Assembly: GCA_043827405.1 (NCBI GenBank)
Contig: JBDRPD010000050.1
Span: 64,001-128,000, forward strand
Origin: Elusimicrobiota bacterium
GTDB taxonomy: Bacteria; Elusimicrobiota; Elusimicrobia; UBA1565
Length of the DNA: 64,000 nucleotides
Direction: 5' to 3'
Shown: positions 1 through 9,070 of the stretch, in pieces
How positions within the stretch are numbered: position 1 is the stretch's first letter
How the letters are laid out: each line of letters starts with the position of its first letter
Program-made: the position numbers and the translations under genes
Notes under the pieces: model-generated
Told to the model about the DNA's origin: nothing
Seen by the model: only the letters and a program-made list of their open reading frames with translations
The model's database searches: none

Positions 1-1251
1 AGTAGTCTCAACGCCGGGGCATGCCGCGCCGTAGAAGATCTGCGTCACCGCCCCCATGGCGCCCACCGGGTTGATGTCGGTCTCGCCGGTGGCCCGTACC
101 GCGATCGTCGAGAACAGAAAGGACAGCGGGATGACCAGAATGCCGACCCAGACCGGCACATCGAAGCGGAACTTCAACATGCAGATGATGCCGATAGACG
201 CCGCCAGCAGGCCGAAGAGCCACTGCGAGAAGGGCAGTTCCAGGTGCGCGATCACCGCGCCGTGCTTGGCGCCCAGCATCGACTTAAAGGCCCGCCCGAT
301 CACCCGCCACTTCATGGCGGTGGCCGCCATGCCGTAGGTGACCATAATGGCGAGGCCCGGCCACATGGTCCACTTGACGATATAGGGGTAGCTCGGCGCG
401 GCGAGGGTCTTGGTCTCGCCCATCATGGCGGCGACCTGCTGCAGGATGCCGGAATGAAACAGCCAGGGCGCCAGGAACGCGAAGCAGACGACGGAGCCGA
501 AGAACATGCTGAAGGCCACGCGCGGGCCGACAAGAAAGCCCGCGCCCAGGAGCATCGGCGTCCAGGCCACGCCCAAAGTCAGGCTCTTCATGCCGAGCCC
601 CTTGATCGTTCCCGGCAGATAGGTCGCGGCAGGAAGCAGTTTCGGAATGCCGTCGCGAAACCACGTGATCAGGCCGCTGACCAGGCCGATCCCGCCCAGC
701 ATCTTGGCCTTGTCCATGGCGCTGCTGCCCTCTGCGTGCATGGCCAAAATCGTCTCGGCGCAGGCGGTCCCGGACGGGAACTTCAGCTTCTCGACCACGA
801 TGATCTGCTTGCGCAGGGGAATGGCGAAGAATACGCCCAGGAAGCTGGTGAAGAATATCCACAGGAAGATGTCGAGCCAGGTCGGCGCCGCCGGGATCAC
901 GCCGCTGGCGGCCAGCAGGAAAAGCGCCGGGATGACGTTGACGATATTGCCCAAAGACCCGCCGGCCGAGGCCATGGTCTGGGTCATATTGTTCTCGAGG
1001 ATGGAGTAGGGCTTATTGCAGGCGCGCACAATGGCGAAGCCCAGGATGGCCGCGATAATCGAGCCCCCCTCGCCCCAGCCCGTCATCAGGCCCATGTAGA
1101 CGTTGAAGACAATCATGAGCGCGCTCATCAGCGCTCCCACCACGAAGACCTTCAGGGTGACCTCGGGCATCTTGTCGCCCTTGTAGACTTCCTTGAGCCA
1201 GCGCCGCTCCTCGTCCTCGTAACTGATTACCGGCTTCTCGTTGTCGGCCAT
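1..1251 (-). CDS. OPT family oligopeptide transporter (partial, runs off window start)
   Basis: Manual translation from ATG at 1251 (GGAG upstream): MADNEKPVISYEDEERRWLKEVYKGDKMPEVTLKVFVVGALMSALMIVFNVYMGL...ILENNMTQTMASAGGS, plus FPSGTA and ETDINP motifs typical of OPT/YSL; absent from ORF track because no stop lies in the window. Confidence 0.88.
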   Translation of the reverse strand, partial: MADNEKPVISYEDEERRWLKEVYKGDKMPEVTLKVFVVGALMSALMIVFNVYMGLMTGWGEGGSIIAAILGFAIVRACNKPYSILENNMTQTMASAGGSLGNIVNVIPALFLLAASGVIPAAPTWLDIFLWIFFTSFLGVFFAIPLRKQIIVVEKLKFPSGTACAETILAMHAEGSSAMDKAKMLGGIGLVSGLITWFRDGIPKLLPAATYLPGTIKGLGMKSLTLGVAWTPMLLGAGFLVGPRVAFSMFFGSVVCFAFLAPWLFHSGILQQVAAMMGETKTLAAPSYPYIVKWTMWPGLAIMVTYGMAATAMKWRVIGRAFKSMLGAKHGAVIAHLELPFSQWLFGLLAASIGIICMLKFRFDVPVWVGILVIPLSFLFSTIAVRATGETDINPVGAMGAVTQIFYGAACPGVETT

Positions 1252-1267
1252 GGATTCTCCTCGTCGT

Positions 1268-1744
1268 CTAGTAGGGGTCGGAAGCGCCGCGCGCGATCTG
1301 GCTGTTGGCCACGCTGTCGTACCAGCCGCAGTTGGCGCGGGTGCGCGTGTCGAACTCGTGCACGTAAGGCTTGATGTCCAAGAGCGGCGTATTGTTCATG
1401 ATGTCGACGCCGCGAAACATAATAATGTTCTTCTTGACGCTCACCAGCTCGACGATCGACGTGCCCAGGGGGTTGGGCCGCGCCGGCGCCCGGGTGGCGA
1501 AGATGCCCTTGGAGGTCTCGGTGACGACGGGCTTGACCGTCAGGTTGTAGCGCTTCTGGTGATGGAAGAAGTAGATCAGGTGGGCATGGGAAAAGCCGTC
1601 CAAGGCTTTAAGACCGCGCTCGTACTCCTCCAGCAGCTCGACGCGGCCGAGATGCTCATTGGCGTGCCGCGCCTGGATAGGCACATCGCTGCGGTTGTTG
1701 AAATCGGTGTAAATCGTGCCGATAACGACGAGTTTTATCTTCAT
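1268..1744 (-). CDS. trmO: tRNA (t6A37) N6-methyltransferase TrmO/TsaA family
   Basis: GIFATRAPARPNPLG and TPLLDIKPY signature motifs. Confidence 0.88.
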   Translation of the reverse strand: MKIKLVVIGTIYTDFNNRSDVPIQARHANEHLGRVELLEEYERGLKALDGFSHAHLIYFFHHQKRYNLTVKPVVTETSKGIFATRAPARPNPLGTSIVELVSVKKNIIMFRGVDIMNNTPLLDIKPYVHEFDTRTRANCGWYDSVANSQIARGASDPY

Positions 1745-1772
1745 AACCCCTCCGCCCCGCTACAGTCTAGCC

Positions 1773-2762
1773 TTATTTTACACCCGCCAGCACGCCCGAG
1801 TCATTGGGAACCGAGAGCGGAATACGCCGTATTTTTCTAATCCCGGCTTCCTCAAGCATCGCGCGCACCTGAGCTTCCGAATAAGACTGTCCCGCCCGCG
1901 TGCCGAGCAGCATATTGAGCGTAAACAGCGCCGGGAACCGCGGGCCGTCCATCGCCGCGCGCAGATAGAAATCGTGCACCAGGATCAGCCCGCCGGGCGC
2001 CAGCGCCTCGACCGCCCGGCGCAGGATTCGGCGGCAGCCCGCCGGCCCCTCGGCATGCAGGATATGCGAGAGCCAGGCGGCGTCGAAGGTCCCGCGCACT
2101 TTGTCGCGCAGGTAATCCCCCGGCTGAAAGCGGATGCGGCCGCCCATGCTAAAGCGTTTGATGGTCTTGACGGCGAAGGGCCTGGTCGTCGGCAAATCGA
2201 AGACCTCGGCGTTGAGCCGCGGATTGCGCCGGCAGAACTCGATAGCGTAGGTCCCCGGCCCGCCGCCCAGGTCCAGCAGCCGGCGGCGTCCCGACAGATC
2301 GATATGCGGGACGATCAGGGGAGCGAAGCTGCGCGCGTTATTGAACATCCCCATCAGGAAAGCCTCGCGCCGCGCCGGATCCATGCGCGCGGACCGCTTG
2401 CGCACCGGCTTCCCGGTTTTAACCGCCCGGTCCAGATTGGCCCAGGACTCCACCAGGTAGTGGTGGTGCAGAATCATATAGCCGATATAGGCGGGCGACT
2501 TGCGCGATAAGAACTTCTCCGCCGCCGGCATATTCCGGTAACCGCCGCCCTTTTTCCCCAGCAGCTCCATGGCGGTCAAAGCGTCGAGCAGCATGGTCAG
2601 TCCGCGCCGGTCCGTCTTGAGCGCACGGCACAGCCGGTCGGCGGACAGCCGGCGGCCCGCCAGCGCCGTGAAGACGCCGAGCTTGACGCCCGCGTGCAGC
2701 GCACAGGTGCTCCAATATCCTCCCGACAGCTGCAGCAGACGGCCTGGATTCCATGCGTTCAT
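1773..2762 (-). CDS. SAM-dependent O-methyltransferase (dimerisation domain + Methyltransf_2)
   Basis: Start MNAWNPGRLL after GGAGG; LLDLGGGPG motif I, FDLP, GDY, LSHILH. Confidence 0.88.
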   Translation of the reverse strand: MNAWNPGRLLQLSGGYWSTCALHAGVKLGVFTALAGRRLSADRLCRALKTDRRGLTMLLDALTAMELLGKKGGGYRNMPAAEKFLSRKSPAYIGYMILHHHYLVESWANLDRAVKTGKPVRKRSARMDPARREAFLMGMFNNARSFAPLIVPHIDLSGRRRLLDLGGGPGTYAIEFCRRNPRLNAEVFDLPTTRPFAVKTIKRFSMGGRIRFQPGDYLRDKVRGTFDAAWLSHILHAEGPAGCRRILRRAVEALAPGGLILVHDFYLRAAMDGPRFPALFTLNMLLGTRAGQSYSEAQVRAMLEEAGIRKIRRIPLSVPNDSGVLAGVK

Positions 2763-2873
2763 AAAGCCTCCGGACTGAGCCCTGCTGAAACTATAATACT
2801 TAACATATAATCCTCCGAGATAAAACGCTGCGCGCCAAGCGCACTTATCCTCGCTACGCAAAGGACTAACCCT

Positions 2874-3449
2874 ATGACCGCAGAAAATATTCCCACCCGC
2901 GAAGACGCCTTCAAGCTTCTCACCGAGTTCAACCAGAGCGACCGCCTCATCAAGCATGCCTTGGCGGTAGAAGGGGTGATGCGCTGCTTCGCCCGCAAGC
3001 GCGGCGAGAATGAGGAGCGCTGGGGAGTGATCGGCCTGATCCACGATCTGGATTACGAGAAGTACCCCGACCAGCACTGCAAAAAAAGCGGGGAGATACT
3101 AAAGGAGCGCGGCTGGCCGGCCGACTACATCCGCGCCGTCATGAGCCACGGCTGGGGGCTATGCACCGACGTGGAGCCGCAGACCGATCTGGAAAAGACC
3201 CTTTACGCCGTCGATGAACTGACCGGCCTGATCGCCGCGGCCGCCCTGGTGCGGCCATCCAAAAGCGTTATGGATCTCGCCGTCAAGTCGGTCAAGAAGA
3301 AGTGGAAGGACAAGCGCTTCGCCGCCGGCGCCGACCGCTCCATTATCGAAAAAGGCGCCGCGATGCTCGGCATGGAGCTGCCGGAACTCATCACCGACAC
3401 CATCGAAGGCATGCGCGAGGTGGCGGAAGAAATCGGTCTCAAAGGCTGA
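2874..3449 (+). CDS. HD/HDIG domain metal-dependent phosphohydrolase
   Basis: H...GLIHDLDYE...H..., AVDELTG, RPSKS, FAAGADR; AAGGA RBS. Confidence 0.88.
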   Translation: MTAENIPTREDAFKLLTEFNQSDRLIKHALAVEGVMRCFARKRGENEERWGVIGLIHDLDYEKYPDQHCKKSGEILKERGWPADYIRAVMSHGWGLCTDVEPQTDLEKTLYAVDELTGLIAAAALVRPSKSVMDLAVKSVKKKWKDKRFAAGADRSIIEKGAAMLGMELPELITDTIEGMREVAEEIGLKG

Positions 3450-3503
3450 ATATAGCCCGATTTCCCGAGTTAATTTCAGCCCAAATCGTGGTAAGATATA
3501 GGC

Positions 3504-4448
3504 GTGAGGCCGTTGGAGGTGGCAGCCTTACTGAGCACGGCGCTAGCCGGTTTGTTCGTATCGCCGCTCCATGCTCAGACCGCTCCCCCGCCCGTATCAG
3601 GCGGGTTTTCCGCTTTATTTGACGGCGCCGCGCAGTTTCAGCCGGCGCCGCTTTCTTTTAGGGCACCGCGGACCAGCATCAAATCCGCCGCCGCTTCCGG
3701 CTCCGAGCTCCTCCAGGCCCTGCACGACCGCGTCAGCCGCACCCATGCGCCGGTCGGCTACAGCGAAGCCCGGCGCCACATGTTCGGAGCGCTCGACAAT
3801 GTGACGGTCGACGGCGTGCGCGGCGTGCACGCGGTGTATTCCGCGGTATTTGTTCCCGGCACCAGCGGCAACGGCGGGGACTATCGGGAACAGGGCGACC
3901 AGAACGGCGACGGCTACGTCGACGCCGGCGGGATGAACGCCGAGCACCTCTGGCCGCAGTCCTACTTCAAGGAGCGCCTGCCGATGCGCGCCGACCTGCA
4001 CCATCTGCTGCCGACTTTTATGCACCCCAACAGCGTACGCGGCCGCCTGCCTTTCGGCGAAGTCGCCGCCGCGGACGCGGACTATACAAACCGCGCCGGC
4101 GCCCGCCGGGACGAGAAGCTGTTCGAGCCGCCGGACCGCGTCAAGGGACGCGTCGCCCGCGGCCTGCTGTATTTTTTCACCCGCTACCTGGGCTACAACA
4201 TCATCCCCAGTAATGCCGCCGATATATTCTGGAACCGCCGCATCGAGACCTTGCTGCGCTGGAACCGGGAATTCCCGCCCGACGCCATGGAGCGGCGGCG
4301 CAACGATCTAGCGGAGAAGGTCCAGGGAAACCGCAACCCCTTCGTCGATGACCCGGGCCTGGCCGACCAGATCGGACCCGAAGCCTTCCGCCTGCGGCAG
4401 TCCAAGCGGACTTATACCAGCTCCGCGCTCCGACCGCGCCGTCCCTAA
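3504..4448 (+). CDS. Secreted endonuclease I family nuclease
   Basis: Signal peptide; NAEHLWPQS, DLHHLLP, NSVRG, FEPPDRVKGRVAR, QGNRNPFVD motifs. Confidence 0.9.
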   Translation: MRPLEVAALLSTALAGLFVSPLHAQTAPPPVSGGFSALFDGAAQFQPAPLSFRAPRTSIKSAAASGSELLQALHDRVSRTHAPVGYSEARRHMFGALDNVTVDGVRGVHAVYSAVFVPGTSGNGGDYREQGDQNGDGYVDAGGMNAEHLWPQSYFKERLPMRADLHHLLPTFMHPNSVRGRLPFGEVAAADADYTNRAGARRDEKLFEPPDRVKGRVARGLLYFFTRYLGYNIIPSNAADIFWNRRIETLLRWNREFPPDAMERRRNDLAEKVQGNRNPFVDDPGLADQIGPEAFRLRQSKRTYTSSALRPRRP

Positions 4449-5869
4449 CGCAGCCGGAACTCCCCGCTGACGCCCGGCAGATAGGCCGGGCTTTGGTCGC
4501 GGTTTTGCCGGCGCGCCTCGTCCTGCACGTTGGGCTTGAGATACTCAAACAAACTCCGCGCCGTGACCTGGCCGCTCCCGTCGCGCCCGGGGCCGTTCAA
4601 GCCCTTGAGAAAGAAGTAAGTGAAGATGCCGTGCCGCTCCTGCTCGAGGGTCGTCGTAATCTCGTCGCCGGAAGCGGCCGCGAGAAGCGACAGCCGCTCG
4701 CGCTCACCTTGTCCCAGCTCGACGGTGGTGACCAGCGGCCGGGCGCCGCGCGCCAGCACCGACCTCCCTCCGGCGCCCGAGAAGCAGGCGTCCAAAGCCA
4801 CCAGGATGCGGCGGGCCTGGGTGGCGTTAAGCTGGGCGTATAGCTTCTTTAGGGGGTAGGCGGTGGTCTTGAGAAACTTGGCGTCGCCGTCCCAGGGGAT
4901 CAGGTAGGCCTCCCCGGTCTGGGGGTTGGGCGCGCCATGCCCGGAAAAGTAGAACAGCAGCGAGGAGTCGGCCTTTACGTTCTTCGGCAGCCACTCTTCC
5001 AGGTACTTCTTTAGCCCGGATATAGTGGCGCGCTGGCCGGTCAGATGGATAATATTGCGGTCCGGATAACCCAGCGCCCGCAAGTGCGCGCGCACGGCGT
5101 CGGCGTCGCCCTCGGCGTAATCGGCCCGGGGCAGGGCCTGATACGATTCGATCCCGACGACCATGGCGAACAGCTTGGGATTCTGCGGCAGGGAATAGTT
5201 GGGGTCGTCGACCGCGCTTTTTTTAGCCGCCGGGACCGTCTGCGGCGGGGCGGCGGCGACCGCCGCCGGCGGAGCGGGCGCGGCGGAAGAGTCCTTGCGA
5301 TACGGCCTGAGCTTCACGGAAGCGGTGATTTCTTCGGCCAGGCGCGTTTTCGCCGTAACCATGCAATGCCGGTAGGCGGCCACATAGAAATCCTCCATGG
5401 CGCTCATGCGTTTCCCGGATTTCTCAAGAATATTAAAGCGCAGCTGCTCCACCGGGGTTTCATCGGGCTGGAACACGAAAAAAGACAGATCGATCTCCGC
5501 CCGCGAATCGAAGCTGACATGCGCCTTGCCGGTGATATCCAGGATGCCGACCAGCTGCGCCCCGGCCTCGCGCGCCTGCTCGGCGCTCGCCATCTCATGG
5601 ACCGCGCCAAACTGCTTATCGATGACCGCGATCAGATCGTCGACCAGCACATCGCCGTGGATGGTGCCCGGCGAAGTAACGCGCAGCTTGTTGTAGGAGC
5701 GAATCCAGTTCTTGGTATTCTGCGACACAATAACGGCGAGCTTGGTCTTGCCGTATTCCAGCTTCTTCATGCCGATGCCGGCCATGGGATCTTCGCGGCG
5801 CGAGGCGATAGCGCAGCCGGCGAAGACGACGGCGGCGAGCACGACGGGCAAAGCGGTTCTTTTGCTCAT
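4445..5869 (-). CDS. Lipoprotein with C-terminal caspase-like (peptidase C14) domain
   Basis: Lipobox FAGC; FYFSGHG (His) and DACFSG (Cys) dyad; start placed at MSKR, 7 nt after TATAAT. Confidence 0.88.
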   Translation of the reverse strand: MSKRTALPVVLAAVVFAGCAIASRREDPMAGIGMKKLEYGKTKLAVIVSQNTKNWIRSYNKLRVTSPGTIHGDVLVDDLIAVIDKQFGAVHEMASAEQAREAGAQLVGILDITGKAHVSFDSRAEIDLSFFVFQPDETPVEQLRFNILEKSGKRMSAMEDFYVAAYRHCMVTAKTRLAEEITASVKLRPYRKDSSAAPAPPAAVAAAPPQTVPAAKKSAVDDPNYSLPQNPKLFAMVVGIESYQALPRADYAEGDADAVRAHLRALGYPDRNIIHLTGQRATISGLKKYLEEWLPKNVKADSSLLFYFSGHGAPNPQTGEAYLIPWDGDAKFLKTTAYPLKKLYAQLNATQARRILVALDACFSGAGGRSVLARGARPLVTTVELGQGERERLSLLAAASGDEITTTLEQERHGIFTYFFLKGLNGPGRDGSGQVTARSLFEYLKPNVQDEARRQNRDQSPAYLPGVSGEFRLR

Positions 5870-5903
5870 AATAGACATTATACCTAACTGCTATACTCGC
5901 CCC

Positions 5904-6812
5904 ATGCGGCGTCTGAGCACGCTTCTAGCCCTCGTTCTCGCCGTTTCGCCGGCCTATGCGGACGACCAGCCGGTCGATGTCGACACCATAGCCGAGGTGC
6001 TGACCAGCGCCATACGCCCGTCGGCGCAAAACATCCGCTGCGCCGAAGCCTCGGCCAAGGCCTTCGCGCAAGCCAAGGAGACTTTGGCCCGCCAGCGCGC
6101 CGCCGGCCGCAAGCCGCATGCTCCCGCCGGCATTATCGATACCGGACTGCGCCTGCTCTTGCGCTCCAATCCCAGCCGCCTGCGCACCGGTACGCGCTGG
6201 CGCGCCTGGCCCCAAGACGAAGTCTATGCCGGCGAGGCGGCCGAAGTCGCCAAGCGGCTGGAGGAGCTGGCCGCGAACCTCGGCCCGGTGCGGACCTGGA
6301 ACTGCGCCTATGACAAGGAGGCGGAAACCATAATCAGCCGCCGCCTCGGGCGCCTGGCTTTTAAAGGCCGCCTCCTGGACCTCGATGAACCGCCCCCGGA
6401 GCCGCGCCTGACGCCGAAGGAAAAAAGTTTTCTCGACGGCCCGCCGCCGAAGCTCGCCGAAGCGCCGCCGGCCCGCGACGAAAACTCCGCGGCCTGGCTC
6501 GACTGGGCCGCGGCCCGCGAAGCCGCCGCCGTCATGCAGGGCCTGCGCCGCCGCCTGCGGCCGGACCATAAACGGCTGCGCGAGGCCGTCCGGCTATGGA
6601 GCCGCGCGGCGATGCTGAAAAACGGCGCCGGCTCCGCCTACGATCCGCCGGCGAAAAGACTCGATGCGCAGACGCGGCGAGTCGCCGCCGCTATCGCCAA
6701 GAAGTACGGCCGCGCGCCGCGTGAGGTACTGCTCGATTGCGGCGCCGACGAATACGTCTTCGGCAAGATCAGCCGCGCCGCCAAGCGCCTGCTCACGGCG
6801 CCTAAAGAATAG
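5904..6812 (+). CDS. Hypothetical exported protein
   Basis: MRRLSTLLALVLAVSPAYA signal peptide; TATACT 6 nt upstream of ATG. Confidence 0.65.
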   Translation: MRRLSTLLALVLAVSPAYADDQPVDVDTIAEVLTSAIRPSAQNIRCAEASAKAFAQAKETLARQRAAGRKPHAPAGIIDTGLRLLLRSNPSRLRTGTRWRAWPQDEVYAGEAAEVAKRLEELAANLGPVRTWNCAYDKEAETIISRRLGRLAFKGRLLDLDEPPPEPRLTPKEKSFLDGPPPKLAEAPPARDENSAAWLDWAAAREAAAVMQGLRRRLRPDHKRLREAVRLWSRAAMLKNGAGSAYDPPAKRLDAQTRRVAAAIAKKYGRAPREVLLDCGADEYVFGKISRAAKRLLTAPKE

Positions 6813-6833
6813 AGCGACCTCCTAAAGAGGCCT

Positions 6834-6899
6834 AGGCCCATTATCCCGCAATAAACAGGGCTTTTGCCTCATTCGCATTTTCCGGCTTTAAGTTAACAT
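6834..6899 (+). promoter_or_regulatory. Two phased palindromic boxes plus -10 (TAACAT) upstream of M3 peptidase
   Basis: AGGCCCATTATCCC 6834-6847, AGGGCTTTTGCCTC 6857-6870, TAACAT 6894-6899. Confidence 0.6.
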
Positions 6900-6908
6900 T
6901 CAAGCACT

Positions 6909-9014
6909 ATGAAACAGCTGCTTACTGCGGTCCTATCTCTTTCCTTGACCGGAACAAGCTTCGCGGCCATCCCTATTAAGGTAGCCCCCGCCGTACCTGT
7001 CGGCGGCATGGGCAGCGCCGCGGCCGGCGTCGCGGTACGCGGTCCGGGAGCCGCGCTTGAACTCAATTTCGATCTCACCCCCGGCCAGATCAAAGCGACC
7101 TTCCGTTCCGCTTCCCAAAACCTTGACGCCGCGCTCAACGCGATCGGCGCCGTAAAGCCCGCAGAGGCGACCTTCTACAACACCGTTCATGCCCTGGAAA
7201 AAGCCTGGGTGGACTACCAGGATGAGATGGCGGGCATCCGGGTGCTCTCCGCTTCGCCGCGCAAGCGCGTACGTGAAGCGGTGGATCAGGTCAACGACAT
7301 GGCCAGCGACATGGGCACCGCGCAGGGCATGCGCGAAGACATCTACCAAGCGGTTCTCGCCTACGCCGAGAAAGGAGAGCAGCTGACGGGCGAGGATATG
7401 AAGCTGGTCGAAGACACCTTGCTTGATTTCCGCAAATCCGGCATGGGCTTAAAGCCCGCCGACCGGGCGAAGCTGCAGCGGGTCTCCTCCAAAATTTCCA
7501 AGCTGGTCCGGCAGTACGAGATCAATATCCGCGAATGGGAAGGCGGCATCGACGTCCTGCCGGAAGAGCTCGCCGGCGTGCCGACCGCGATTATCGGCAG
7601 CCTCAAAAAGGTGCCCGGCGGGAAGCTCCGCGTCCCCGACGACGGAGAGGCCGGCGGCCAGGTCATGAGCAAAGCCAAGAGCTCCAAGGTCCGCATGCGG
7701 CTCTACTATGCCATGCAGCGCAAAGCCGCGAAAAAGAACCTCCCTATTCTGCGCAAAGTGCTCAAGCTCCGCAAGCAGCAAGCCAATATGCTCGGCTATA
7801 AGAACTTCGCCGAGATGAAGATAGACGGCCGCATGGCCAAGACCCCCCAGCGGGTCTGGCAGTTCCTGGGCCGCCTGCGCAAGATGCTGCGCCCGGCGGC
7901 GGAAGCCGAAGACGCCGAGATACTCGAACAGAAGCGCTCGGAGAAGCCCGGCGCCGAAAAAGTCCAGCCTTGGGACGGCGCGCGCTACGGGCGCCAGCAC
8001 ATGGAAAAGACTCTCGACCTCAACCCGGACAAAATTCGCGAGTACTTCCCGGCCGAGCGGGCCATCCCCGAAGCGCTCAAGATTTACGAAGAGCTGCTCG
8101 GCATACGCTTTGAGGAGATCAAGGACGTCAAGGTATGGCATAAGGACGTCAAAGCGTACGACGTCATGGACGCCGGCGGCGCACGCATGGGCCGCCTCTA
8201 CCTGGACCTCTACGCCCGCAAAGGCAAGCGGGGCGGAGCCTGGGCCGCGCCGCTGGTCGGCGGCCGCGCCCTGGAAGACGGCACCTATCGCGAGCCGGTC
8301 ACCGCCGTCACCGCCGACTTCGAAAAAGGGGAAAACGGCAAGCCGACGCTGCTGCGCCACGGCAACGTAAAGACCCTGTTTCATGAGCTCGGCCATGCCA
8401 TGCACATGACGCTGACCACCGCCCAGCGCCGCTCCTTCTCCGGTTCCGGAGTCGCCTGGGACTTCGTCGAGGCGCCCTCGCAGATGATGGAGAACTTTAT
8501 TTGGCAGAAGCAGGTGCTGGCCAGAGTCTCCGGCCACTACAAGGACCCCTCCCAGCCGCTGCCGCCGGAGATCGTTGAAAAACTATTAGCCTCGCGCAAC
8601 TACCATTCCGCATCCGGCGCGCTCGGCCAAGCGGCGATGGCCGCCATGGACCTCGCCTACTACACGGCCGCTCCCAAAGACGTGCTGGGCGTGTTTCGCA
8701 AGATGATGAAGACTTTCACCGGCGTTGAGCCCAACAAGGCGTCGAAGTTTCCGGCCCGCTTCGGCCATATTCTCACCGGCTATGCGGCCGGCTACTATGG
8801 CTACTTGTGGTCGCGGGTCTCCGCGCAGGATATCTTCTCGATCTTTGAGGCCGCCGGCGTCATGAGCCCGGAGGTCGGACGCCGCTACCGCAACACCATC
8901 CTGGCGCGCGGCTCGAGCATCGATGAGGAAGAGAACCTGAGCGATTTCCTCGGCCGCAAGCCCAGCGAAGAAGCCTTCCTGAAGTGGCTCGGCGTCGCGC
9001 CGGTCGGCGACTGA
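6909..9014 (+). CDS. M3A family metallopeptidase (thimet oligopeptidase-like) with signal peptide
   Basis: TLFHELGHAMH, DFVEAPSQMMEN, GYAAGYYGYLWS. Confidence 0.92.
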   Translation: MKQLLTAVLSLSLTGTSFAAIPIKVAPAVPVGGMGSAAAGVAVRGPGAALELNFDLTPGQIKATFRSASQNLDAALNAIGAVKPAEATFYNTVHALEKAWVDYQDEMAGIRVLSASPRKRVREAVDQVNDMASDMGTAQGMREDIYQAVLAYAEKGEQLTGEDMKLVEDTLLDFRKSGMGLKPADRAKLQRVSSKISKLVRQYEINIREWEGGIDVLPEELAGVPTAIIGSLKKVPGGKLRVPDDGEAGGQVMSKAKSSKVRMRLYYAMQRKAAKKNLPILRKVLKLRKQQANMLGYKNFAEMKIDGRMAKTPQRVWQFLGRLRKMLRPAAEAEDAEILEQKRSEKPGAEKVQPWDGARYGRQHMEKTLDLNPDKIREYFPAERAIPEALKIYEELLGIRFEEIKDVKVWHKDVKAYDVMDAGGARMGRLYLDLYARKGKRGGAWAAPLVGGRALEDGTYREPVTAVTADFEKGENGKPTLLRHGNVKTLFHELGHAMHMTLTTAQRRSFSGSGVAWDFVEAPSQMMENFIWQKQVLARVSGHYKDPSQPLPPEIVEKLLASRNYHSASGALGQAAMAAMDLAYYTAAPKDVLGVFRKMMKTFTGVEPNKASKFPARFGHILTGYAAGYYGYLWSRVSAQDIFSIFEAAGVMSPEVGRRYRNTILARGSSIDEEENLSDFLGRKPSEEAFLKWLGVAPVGD

Positions 9015-9070
9015 TACCGCCATCCATTCTGCCTGCGGAGTAAAGTCAGCAGAATAGATAGAATAGCCTT

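Noticed and set aside
3453..3466. TAGCCCGATTTCCC as another regulon box (also 5855-5868 and 63797-63810)
   Set aside because: Weak match, lacking a phased partner, wrong spacing to -10 or lying within coding sequence; not counted.
4445..5869. Caspase-based anti-phage defence system with the adjacent nuclease
   Set aside because: Genes are convergent and both products are exported; no gasdermin, NLR/STAND ATPase or cyclase nearby.
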